The notes beneath the pieces are model-generated. The model was not told the origin of the DNA and did not search any database. It worked only from the letters and a program-made list of their open reading frames with translations. Source: Ranitomeya imitator (taxonomy: Eukaryota). Taken from it: a stretch of DNA of 64,000 nucleotides. Below, one piece after another: positions 38,936 through 50,300 of this stretch. The DNA is taken from positions 8,494,001 to 8,558,000 of the forward strand of contig NC_091289.1 in the NCBI RefSeq assembly GCF_032444005.1. The letters are read 5' to 3'. The position numbers and the translations under genes were made by a program. Each line of letters begins with the position of its first letter. Position 1 is the stretch's first letter.

Positions 38936-40249
38936 AGGCTTAGACCAGTTTTCTAGCTCTTTCTGCCCCAATAATAGACCAGGAAGGGGAAGATGTGGCA
39001 ATGACCAAAGCATTCCCTGCAGAGTTGTCATAGGGCCGTCACCTGCCCCTCTTCATATCTAATAAATACTAAGTCTGGAGGCTCCGCAGCTCAATCACTG
39101 AACCCTCGATCCTATGATCTACCCAATTCCAGACCCCACTTGCAGATTTGGGTGGAGGTGTTCTTTACGGTACATGTACTGTTATCATATATGCATCTAT
39201 CTCCACCCAGCTTTCCCAGACTCCAGAAAGGTAAACCTGCCCAGCATTTGCTATTTCATTTGGGTCCGCTGCACCCTGCTTGTGCATTTGTATTGAGGCC
39301 CATTTAGACAGGTAAGCATCTCTGCCTGTTTTTGGTGTGTTTTCTTGAATTTTTCCTTTTTGGTGTTTTTCAGCTATAGGTATCAACCAATGCTAAAAAA
39401 ACAAAGTAAGGCGTGGCTGATAACAGAAAGTAATAGAGGGTAAAAATGTATCCTATAGTCAGTCACTTCCCAGCCCCAAGTGACTGATAATAGGGAACAA
39501 TAGATTGCATTGAAGAGAGGACACTTGAGATTTCGCGCCCCCCTGAGACCCCACGTCACTGACCTGAACCCCCTGCGCTCGTCCATGGCTCCTGAGTGAC
39601 ACCGGAGATCACACGCTCCGCTCACTTCCTCTTCCTTGTGAATCATTACATGGGGACAATTCTCCGCCCGTGGGGTCACTTTGTGCAGGAAGGAGAACAC
39701 TTTCTGTTTCAGTTCTTCAATTTCTGCCTCATATCCCAGCACTGAGCCGTTACCGTCCGCCGTGACGCCTAAACTTCATTATTTATTATCGTAAAAAAAA
39801 AAATTCATTTCTGATTGTTGTCAGTGAATGAGAAAATTAAATTCCAAAGAAATGAAAAGATCTAAGATCAGTCACAGCTGAGAACTTGCTACAAATGTAT
39901 CCAATAAAGTCCTCAAAAGCCACAAAATCTCTCTGCAGTCCTCAGTTGTTACAATGTATCAGTGCAGAGAAAATGTATCAGTCTGAGATCCACAGGGGAC
40001 TGTTCAGACACAGGATGACACAACCCACTCCTGATCATGTCCCCTCACCACTCACCTATGAGCACAAAAAGTGGAAGTGGAAACCGCCTCAGGAACTGAG
40101 TCTCCTCTGTCGAGTTTTTGGAGAAGTTTTTCCTTTTTGTGAAGGTTTTTTTTAACTCTTTTGGGCAAAAAAAAAAAAATTTTTGCAGCCTTTTGATTGT
40201 ATTTTCCATCAGGATCTTCTTACAAAAGAAACATGATACAGGAAAGATA

Positions 40250-41250
40250 TATATCTTGGTACCGTGTTAGCCAGTAAACAAAAAATATTTAGAATTGAGA
40301 GTCCTCAGTGGTTGATACCTTTTAATGGCTAAATGAAAAGAAGATAAATTGCAGCTTTCGAGACTACACAGGTCTCTTCATCAGGCACAGACTAAAGCAA
40401 ATTCTGAAGAATCACATATTTATGCACAATACAGCCCAGAAATAATGTCATGGATAAGACAGGTGACATGAAGCAGAACTACCATTATGTGAGAGTGATA
40501 AACAGTTGTGTCCATAAATATTGGAACAGTCCATAGATAAGGAGTGTGAATGTTTTATTTTCCTCTGATTAGGGTCTGGTTCTGTGTTGTGATGCCCCCA
40601 CACGGTCTGAGGAGCAAATTCCTTAATTGATGTAAAAAGACATAAATCCATGCGACACATTCATTCCTGCACTGAGAGCATCAAAGTAATCTCCTGTCCA
40701 TGGTGCTGTGATCCGGCATTAAAAAAATGTTTTGCTACAGGTAGATCACAGCACCATGGACATGAGATTACTTGTATTAAAGGGTAATTTCAAATCTCAG
40801 AGAGACAGAAGAGTTTGGGAGCATAAACTGATGATGACCTTGGACACTCTCAGTGCAGGAATGAATGTATCGCATGGATTTATGTCTTTTTACATCAATG
40901 AAGGAATTTGCTCCTCAGACCTTGTGGGGGCATCACAACACAGAACCAGACCCCAATCAGAGGACAATAAAACATTTACACTTCTTATCTATGAACTGTT
41001 CCAATATTTATGGACACAACTGTTTATCACTCTCACATAATGGTAGTTCTGCTTCACGTCACCTGTCTTATCTATGGCATTGTTTCTGGGCTGTATTGTG
41101 CATAAATATGTGACTCTTCAGAATTTGTATTAGTCTGTGCCTGATGAAGGGACCTGAGTAGTCTCGAAAGCTGCAATTTGTTACCATCTTTTCAGTTCGC
41201 CATTGAAAGGTATCAACCACTGAGGACTCTCAATTCTAAATATTGTTTTA
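40250..41250. mobile_element. Penelope-like retroelement remnant with inverted pseudo-LTRs and GIY-YIG endonuclease C-terminus
   Basis: About 400-bp inverted arms (about 40277-40690 / 40835-41250); central + ORF HSTMDMRLLVLKGNFKSQRDRRVWEHKLMMTLDTLSAGMN resembles the PLE endonuclease tail; CTGATGA..GAAA cores in both arms. Confidence 0.75.
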
Positions 41251-41984
41251 CAGAAGAAACAGGCACTCTATTTTATTTCCACCAGACGTTTTTCAAATCA
41301 AGAAGCAGAAAAAAAAAACTCTCAAAGCGCAAAACATGTAATCTGCAGAGAAGTTTCACATGAATAGGAAGAGGCTTTCAAGTGATTACTTTTTATTTGC
41401 AAAATTCTTGCACCAGCGCCAGTGCGCACGTGTAGAGCTGGCAGGAGCACAATCAGTGAGCGGATTTGTATCAGTAGTGCGATATGAGCATATAATAAAG
41501 CTTCTAACCGCAAGACACATCAGTGATATATCCGCTGACACTCCCGATAATTGTATCCATGGAGATCGCGTGATGGGAATCCGGCTCTACACCAATAAAT
41601 GGAGAATTCTCATCTCAGACCTTTATGGAATAACAGGACAATCCTTAAATGTCTGACGTAGCTGTGATAGGAGCAATAGTCACAGGAACCTGGCTCACTC
41701 CATTCACTTCAATGAGAGCTTGAAAAATATGGTTTTAGGGGTTTTAGAAACAGAAAAAAAAGAGACCATCTCCTGTTAAAACTATAAATCAGAATTAAAT
41801 ACTCCACACTACATAAATAATGGTGAATAAATAGGGCACACGTTGTCATCAGTCAGTGGTATAGATAAGGGAGGAATGCGATAGATAGTGAATGTATCCA
41901 GATGGACTGAAAGATCCTTCTCCCCAGGAGTCAAAAAGCGTAATAGTATCCAAAAACTCAACACTAGATAGGAGAAGTATTTCA

Positions 41985-42520
41985 GAGCTAAACTAGATAA
42001 CGTGATTATCTAATAATGTGCTTACTGACATGGAATTAATACTTCGTATAAAAGCCTGTCTAGGTGATGAAGCTTCAGGACGCCTGCTGTATGGAGAAAC
42101 TAGTCGCAGGCATTGCTCAGGTGGGATTTTGGCCAATTCTTCCACATAAACACTTTTCACATCCTGAAGTTTTCGTGGCTCCTTGTTTGATCTCTGGACT
42201 TTAGTTCCTTCCATATATGTTCTATTAGACTCAGGTTCGGTGATCGGCTTGGCCATTCTAGCAGTTTTATGTTTTTTTATCTGAAACCAGTTGAGAGTTT
42301 CCTTGGTTCTGTGTTTGGGATCATTGTCTTGCTGAACTGTCCACCTTCATTTCATCTTCATCATCCCGGTAGATGGCAGCAGAATTTTATCAGCAATGTC
42401 TTGGTATATTTGTCCATTCATCGTTCCTTCAAGTATATGAAGTTTGCCATTGCCGTATGCTGAAAATCCGCCCCACACTATAATGTTCCCAGCTCCTAAC
42501 GTCACTGTTGTATGGTGTTG
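41985..42520 (-). mobile_element. Tc1/mariner transposase remnant (decayed)
   Basis: TVTLGAGNIIVWGGFSAYGNGKLHILEGTMNGQIY matches the Tc1 TVKHGGGS.MVWGCF region; the downstream segment is a decayed WP..SPDLNPIE..W..EEW.KIP. Confidence 0.85.
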
Positions 42521-44152
42521 TTGGGTGATATATACAGTGCCTTTTCGTATCAATACTTGGGGTGATATTGGGATTATGTATGGACAATTTATTGTGACGG
42601 ATTTTGATTACCATATTGATTTGGAATGCTACTATTGTTTGGCTGCTAGGATTATGGTTATTACAAAGTATATTTTTGGATTAATTTGAATAGTCCAATA
42701 GTTTGGATGCTTTTTAAGTGTTTTTAACTTTGTTTGCTCTCTAAATAAAATGAATTAATATTTGGTGATCCTTTGCTCGTGTGCATATATTCTTCTTTCT
42801 CTCTGTATTTTAGTTCTCATGAAGCACCTGAAGGGTTAATAAACATCTTGAACGTGGTTTCGTGCACCTTGAGGGGTGTAGTTTTTAGAATGGTGCCACT
42901 TTTGGGTATTTTCTGTTATATTGACCCCCCAAACTGACTTCAAATGTAAGGTGGTCCCCAAAAAAATGGTTTTGTAAATTTGGTTGTAAAAATGAGAAAT
43001 CGCTGGTCAAATTTTAACCCTTATAACGTCCTAACAAAAAAAAATTAAGTTTCCAAATTATGCTGATGTAAAGTAGACATGTGGGAAATGTTATTTATTC
43101 ACTATTTTGTGTGCCATATCTCTGTGATTTAAGGGTACTATTATGTTTGTAACATTTGTCCCCATTATGTGTTATCAGGTGCCACATAATGAGCACTTTA
43201 CTCCCGATGGCAGACACGTGATTTTCAGTGGACCTTATTTATTGATGGAATTTTCAGCAATACTTGAACCATGGTTAGGACTTTGCAGCTGAAACGCGCA
43301 GGTTTGTTCTCATGATGGAGGCGCCGCCAGTTTTTTTAATGCTGAAATAAATGTGATGTTTTAAATCCACAATTTGTGTCATCGCCGGAGGATTTCCTTT
43401 CTCTTTCTTCATGGGTTCAATACATTTCCCTGTGACATTATTCATTATTACACATAATTTATGGACATGTCTGGTGATTTCTTTCCTGTGTGGATTGGGT
43501 GGGTTGTTTCTGACATCTGGGGAGAATTTCTTGTCAATAGCAGCTTTAGAAAGAGATTTACATAGAAAACTGGTGATGTGATCAATCCTGATTTCACCCA
43601 TCATATACATTGTATCAGCTCATAAATCAATACAGCCGGATGTATCTTCTGTAAGTGCTACCTAGTAAGGCACACTGGAAACATCTGCCCCTTATTAACT
43701 CCCTGTGTATTTCCAGGGCTAGCACCCTAGTATAATGATATAGGGCCACACTCACCATTGCCTTGCACAGTTATGTCCCAATAAATCCTTTACTTAAAGA
43801 CTAAGTAACCTTTAACAACTTTGTCCAGGGTGGAAAGTTATAAAACTTTGCAAATCAATTGATTAAAAAATTTATCTTCATTCATGTAAAAAAAAAGCAC
43901 ATCAGTGACTTCTAAACTCCAGCTTTTCTTAGTGTATTTGCCTTCATTCATTGATCTCTTAACATCCAATATTGGATCAGCACTGGTCTCCTCCTCGAGA
44001 GCAATCAGCCACGGCGTCCTATTCCCAGAGTGGCACCCGGGTGCAGAGCCGTCACTGCCATCATCAGTCCTCCTAATGACTACATTGTGATATCAAAGCA
44101 GCAGGAAAAATCAAGGATTGGAAGCTGTTTACAAGTATTTGTATTTACAGAA

Positions 44153-45630
44153 TCTACTATATAATTGTCTAAGGGTCACTTCCATCTTTCTGTCTGTCTG
44201 TAACGGAAATCCCAAGTCGCTGATTGGTCGTGGCAAAACGCCCACGACCAATCAGCGACGGGCAGTCCGGCGGCAAAATGGCCGCTCCTTCCTCTCCTCC
44301 CTGCAGTCAGTGCCCGCTCCATAATCCCCTCCAGTCAGCCCTCACATAGGGTTAATGGCAGCGTTAACGGACCGCGTTATGCCGCACTCCATTAACGCTG
44401 CTATTAACCCTGTGTGACCAACTTTTTTACTATTGATGCTGCTTATGCAGCATCAATAGTAAAAGATCTAATGTTACAAATAATAATAATTTTTTTTTAA
44501 AAAGAAAAAAAAAGGTTATTCTCACCTTCCGAGGTTGCGCGCTGTCCTCGGCAGTGCAAGCGGCAGGTTCCGGTGCTAAGGATGCTATGCGAGAAGGACC
44601 TGCCATGATGTCACGGTCATGTGACTGCGACATCATCACAGGTCCTGCACTCATATCAACCCTGAGACCGGAAGCTGCCGCGTGCACTGCACAGGGCCAG
44701 GACTGCAAGGCGCTCTCGGAAGGTGAGTATATGTTTATTTTTTATTTTATGTCTTTTTTAACCACGCATATACTACGTGGGCTGTGCTACATACTGCGTG
44801 GGCTCTGTTATATACTATATCTCTGTGCTATATACTATGTAGCTGGGCAATATACTACGTGGCTGTGCAATATACTATGTGGCTGTGTCGGTTCTGTTAT
44901 ATACTACATCGACTGTGCAATATACTACGTGGCTCTGTTATATAATACGTGGCTCTGTTATATACTACGTCGACTGTGCAAAATACTACGTGGCTCTGTT
45001 ATATACTACGTGGGCTGTGCAATATACTACTTAGCTGTGCAATATACTATGTGGCTGTGTCGGTTCTGTTATATACTACATCGACTGTGCAATATACTAC
45101 GTAGCTATGCAATATGCTACGTGCCTCTACAATATACTATGTGGCTCTGCTATATACTACGTCGCTGACCAATACACTACATAGCTGTGCAATACACTAC
45201 GTGATGGTGCAATATACTACGTTGCTGTGCAATATACTACGTGGCTCTGCTATATACTACGTGCCTGTGCAATACACTACGTAGCTATGTTATATACCAT
45301 GTGGCTGTGTTATATACTACGTCGCTGACCAATATACTACATAGCTGTGCAATACACTACGTGACTGGGCAATATACTACATAGCTCTGCTATACACTAC
45401 GTGACTGGGCAATACACTACGTGGCTATGTTATATACCATGTGGCTGTGTTATATACTACGTAGCTCTGCTATATACTACGTACGTTGTGTTACATACTA
45501 TGTAGCTCTGTTATATACTACGTCGGTTGTGTTATATACTACGTCACTGTGCAATATAGTACGTAGCCTGTGCTATATACTACCCACATATTCTAGAATA
45601 CCGATATGTTAGAACCGGGCCACCATCTAG
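44153..45630 (+). mobile_element. non-autonomous Helitron with internal ~20-bp tandem repeats (about 44765-45590)
   Basis: 5' TC (tctactatataattgtctaagg), 3' CTAG preceded by an imperfect subterminal hairpin, inserted between A and T, no TSD. Confidence 0.8.
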
Positions 45631-46634
45631 TTATATAATAATCTTTATTTTTTTATATAGCGCTAACATATTCCGCAGCGCTTTACAGTTTGAACACTGG
45701 AGGTTAATCCTCAAATAAAGTGATTTGCTACATTTCGTAACTTTTCATCCTGGACAGAATTACAAACATATAAGTTGTTACTGTTAAGAAGCAATCGATG
45801 AAATGATATCAAGTATCTTCCCACTATCGCTGTATCCATAATGCTGCATCTATCACAGTGTGACCACAGGTCTAATGACGGAAGGCAAAACTAAACAGAT
45901 GATGCAAAAAGGAAACAATGTCAGCAGTGATGCCTGTGTGAATAGTGTGTAATTATCTCTGGTTATTAGAGAACACAAATATCCGGGCGGATTGTAAGAT
46001 CTGGGTCTCTAAACTCAATATTACATATCTGTACCCCAAACCCTCCAGAGACTGTCAGGGACGATGGGATAATGCCCAGTGATAATACACCGCAGTGATC
46101 AGTCACCAGCTGCCATCTTCCCTATACATCAGTAATAATGTGTACTGTAAGAAGACCTCTGTCTCTGGCATCACTCAAACAAGTCTACTGATTCATGAAA
46201 ATCCCCCGCGGCATCAGTCTGCGGTGTGTGCGGACCCCCATAAACAGTGAAGTGTACAGGAGAAGCTTCAATGTTTACCTTTTATTCAGACATGGCTACT
46301 TTCCTCTAAAACAGCTCCTCTCCTGTGCGCAGGTCATGTGTGGTACTACAGCTCCACTCCATTCACTTCAATAGGGCTGAAATGCAACATCCGAGAGCCC
46401 ATACATAGATGTAACAACCATTTTTTTCTAATACTTGGCTAGAAAAACCCTAAATCACTTATTTGACCAAAGCCTCCAGGACCCCTAAACGACGCAAAGA
46501 AAAATTGTATAAAGGAAACAATGGGGAAGGGGGGGGGGGCGGGGGAGTTTGGCATCTTCATCATCGGCACAAGTTTACTTGGGTTCTACCAGGAACAAAA
46601 GACAGAAGTGATGATATGATAAAAAAAATGTACA

Positions 46635-46640
46635 TTTATT
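46635..46640 (-). terminator. putative polyadenylation signal AATAAA of paralog A
   Basis: tttatt on + about 670 nt downstream of the stop codon at 47309. Confidence 0.4.
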
Positions 46641-47308
46641 ATAAGATGTAAGAAAACAAAGTATAGAAAACATCGGCTTCCGGCCGTAGATGCAGGATAC
46701 AGTAACCGGTGATGACGCCATCATACAGTCATGCAACAAGCACAAACTAGAAACAACCGACAGTGATAAGTCTAATCATATATCCAGCGAGATACAATTA
46801 TAGAATATTACATCCCTGCATGAACCCGGAAAATCCCTGTAAGTTACAAGGCACTTCCCAAAAAATAAAAAAATATTCCAGCAAAACTCAATGAGTGCCA
46901 TTATGTCGTGTTGTCACAATGATATTTTGCAATTTCTTTGTTACAATTGTTTCTGCAAAAACTAGGAATCCGGCACTGATATTAACCATTCAGGACTCTA
47001 GAAAAGTGTTGTGACAAGCAGAGAACAAGGTAAATCCAGTCACAGCGGAGGACGGACATCACCGCTGTCTCCCATAGAAGTTACCAACTGCCTGGAAATA
47101 CAATGTAGCAATAAAAGCCGAAACAGTAAAAAGTATAATACACACTGTGCACAAGAGGTCACATATAATAACATCTGTATACCTGTCAGAACACTACAGA
47201 GTATACAGCAGTGCCTGCTAACAGAGAGGCAATAACGGGACGACTGATCACAGTCCTACATTCTCAGATTCTTCATTAAGAGATTAAAAATAAAGTAAAA
47301 GTTCTCGT

Positions 47309-50300
47309 TCACAGAATGACGCAGCAGCAAGTGGCCGGATAATCCTTAGTCTCCACTTTATTCTCTCGCCCATATACAAAGTAGCTGCAGTTATTCCCCT
47401 TCCAGCTGTACTCGACCTTAGTGAGCGGCAGCAACTCGATGACCTGTCTCTGAGGGGAAACAGAACATTGTAACAGCAAGACACAGCACAGACCGCAGTA
47501 TTATAGTAGTTATATTCTTGTACATAGGGGCAGTATTATAGTAGTTATATTCTTGTACATAGGGGGCAGTATTATAGTAGTTATATTCTTGTATATAGGG
47601 GCAGTATTATAGTAGTTATATTCTTGTACATAGGAGCAGTATTATAGTAGTTATATTCTTGTATATAGGAGCAGTATTATAGTAGTTATATTCTTGTACA
47701 TAGGGGGCAGTATTATAGTAGTTATATTCTTGTACATAGGGGGCAGTATGATAGTAGTTATATTCTTGTATATAGGGGCAGTATTATAGTAGTTATATTC
47801 TTGTACATAGGGGGCAGTATTATAGTAGTTATATTCTTGTATATAGGAGCAATATTATAGTAGTTATATTCTTGTACATAGGGGCAGTATTATAGTAGTT
47901 ATATTCCTGTACATAAGGGCGATATTATAGTAGTTATATTCTTGTACATAGGGGGCAGTATTATAGTAGTTATATTCTTGTATATAGGAGCAGTATTATA
48001 GTAGTTATATTCTTGTACATAGGGGGCAGTATTATAGTAGTTATATTCTTGTATATAGGGGCAGTATTATAGTAGTTATATTCTTGTACATAGGAGCAGT
48101 ATTATAGTAGTTATATTCTTGTATATAGGAGCAGTATTATAGTAGTTATATTCTTGTACATAGGGGGCAGTATTATAGTAGTTATATTCTTGTACATAGG
48201 GGGCAGTATGATAGTAGTTATATTCTTGTATATAGGGGCAGTATTATAGTAGTTATATTCTTGTACATAGGGGGCAGTATTATAGTAGTTATATTCTTGT
48301 ACATAGGGGGCAGTATTATAGTAGTTATATTCTTGTACATAGGGGGCAGTATTATAGTAGTTATATTCTTGTACATAGGAGCAGTATTATAGTAGTTATA
48401 TTCTTGTACATAGGGGGCAGTATTATAGTAGTTATATTCTTGTATATAGGGGCAGTATTATAGTAGTTATATTCTTGTACATAGGGGGCAGTATTATAGT
48501 AGTTATATTCTTATACATAGGGGGCAGTATTATAGTAGTTATATCCTTGTACATAGGAGCAGTATTATAGTAGTTATATTCTTGTACATAGGAGCAGTAT
48601 TATAGTAGTTATATTCCTGTACATAGGGGGCAGTATTATAGTAGTTATATTCTTGTACATAGGGGCAGTATTATGGTAGTTATATTCTTATACATAGGGG
48701 GCAGTATTATAGTAGTTATATCCTTGTACATAGGAGCAGTATTATAGTAGTTATATTCTTGTACATAGGAGCAGTATTATAGTAGTTATATTCTTGTACA
48801 TAGGGGACAGTATTATAGTAGTTATATTCTTGTACATAGGGGCAGTATTATGATAGTTATATTCTTATACATAGGGGGCAGTATTATAGTAGTTATATTC
48901 TTGTACATAGGAGCAGTATTCTAGTAGTTATATTCTTGTACATAGGGGCAGTATTGTAGTAGTTATATTCTTGTATATGGGGCAGTATTATAGTAGTTAT
49001 ATTCTTGTACATAGGGGGCAGTATTATAGTAGTTATATTCTTGTACATAGGGGACAGTATTATAGTAGTTATATTCTTGTATATGGGGCAGTATTATAGT
49101 AGTTATATTCTTGTACATAGGGGCAGTATTATAGTAGTTATTTTCTTGCACATAGGAGCAGTATTATATTAGTTATGTTCCTGTACATAGGGGCAGTATT
49201 ATAGTAGTTATATTCTTGTACATAGGGGCAGTATTGTAGTAGTTATATTCTTGTACATAGGAGCAGTATTATAGTAGTTATATTCTTGTACATAGGGGCA
49301 GTATTATAGTAGTTATTTTCTTGCACATAGGGGCAGTATGTGATTAATCCTGTATTGATCCCTTTCTTTGTCGCGCAGTTCTCACCTGTTTCAGGATACG
49401 ACATGTGGCCATATACTGGGAGTAATGCTGCTGCACGGCGGTCTGAGAGGCCTGGTTTATGGACAGGTCAGGGAAATTCACGATCGGCGGCACCTGCGCA
49501 GAACACAGAGATTTACCATTGGTCTAACAGAGAACACTCACAGATCCGTCCTCCGGTTTGCGCTGCTCACCAGCGTCTGCTCGTCTGCGTACATCTTCTC
49601 TCCGGTCACTTTCTTGAAGAGATCGGTCGGGAATTCTGATCGATGATCGGGGATGAACTCGTAAAGATTGTTCTTCCTGCAATTACAATGAGACTCCATG
49701 GTGAACTCCGATCTGCTCCTTCTTCACCAGTCCTCTCTCTTCAGCAGAATGTGATCTATTGTCCCCTGTTATCGGCCATTTAAGTTTAGGGAGATGTTGA
49801 TTCTACACAGAGCTATTGTCCGCTGTTATCAGCTTTGTAAGCTTGGCGTAAACCTGGTCATTTAGCAGCGGCAGTGTTATAAGCCGTGCTCCGCCGGCCA
49901 TGTCCTCACCACGTCACTGTCAGCTCGATGAACGTCATCACTTGTCCTTTCCCGTTGCAGCACGGACACGTCTGGACGTTGCTCTGGTTGCAGGTTTTGC
50001 ATCTGCAAATTGATAAACATCAAGTAAGTGGATGTAAAAATGAAATATTGCATAATATGGTCTGACATGCACTATATGGGGAAAGTGTGTGACCCCCCAG
50101 GGGCCATAAGAGCACAGGACCCCTCACAATTATGGTGGTGGAGGAGGGGGGGACTAATGGGAATCTGATTTGGGCTGAGGGGCACGGGAACAGTTTATAT
50201 AGAATTTAATCGGGGGGTAACGGGAACGTCCGGTATCAGAGGACCCACCACAGACACTACGGAAACTCCAGCAGCAAAACCTCGAGGTTCTCGTTTCTTC

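Noticed and set aside
42800-43750. Possible DNA-transposon interior and a Penelope-like terminal fragment
   Set aside because: Too degenerate to define boundaries or family from the sequence alone
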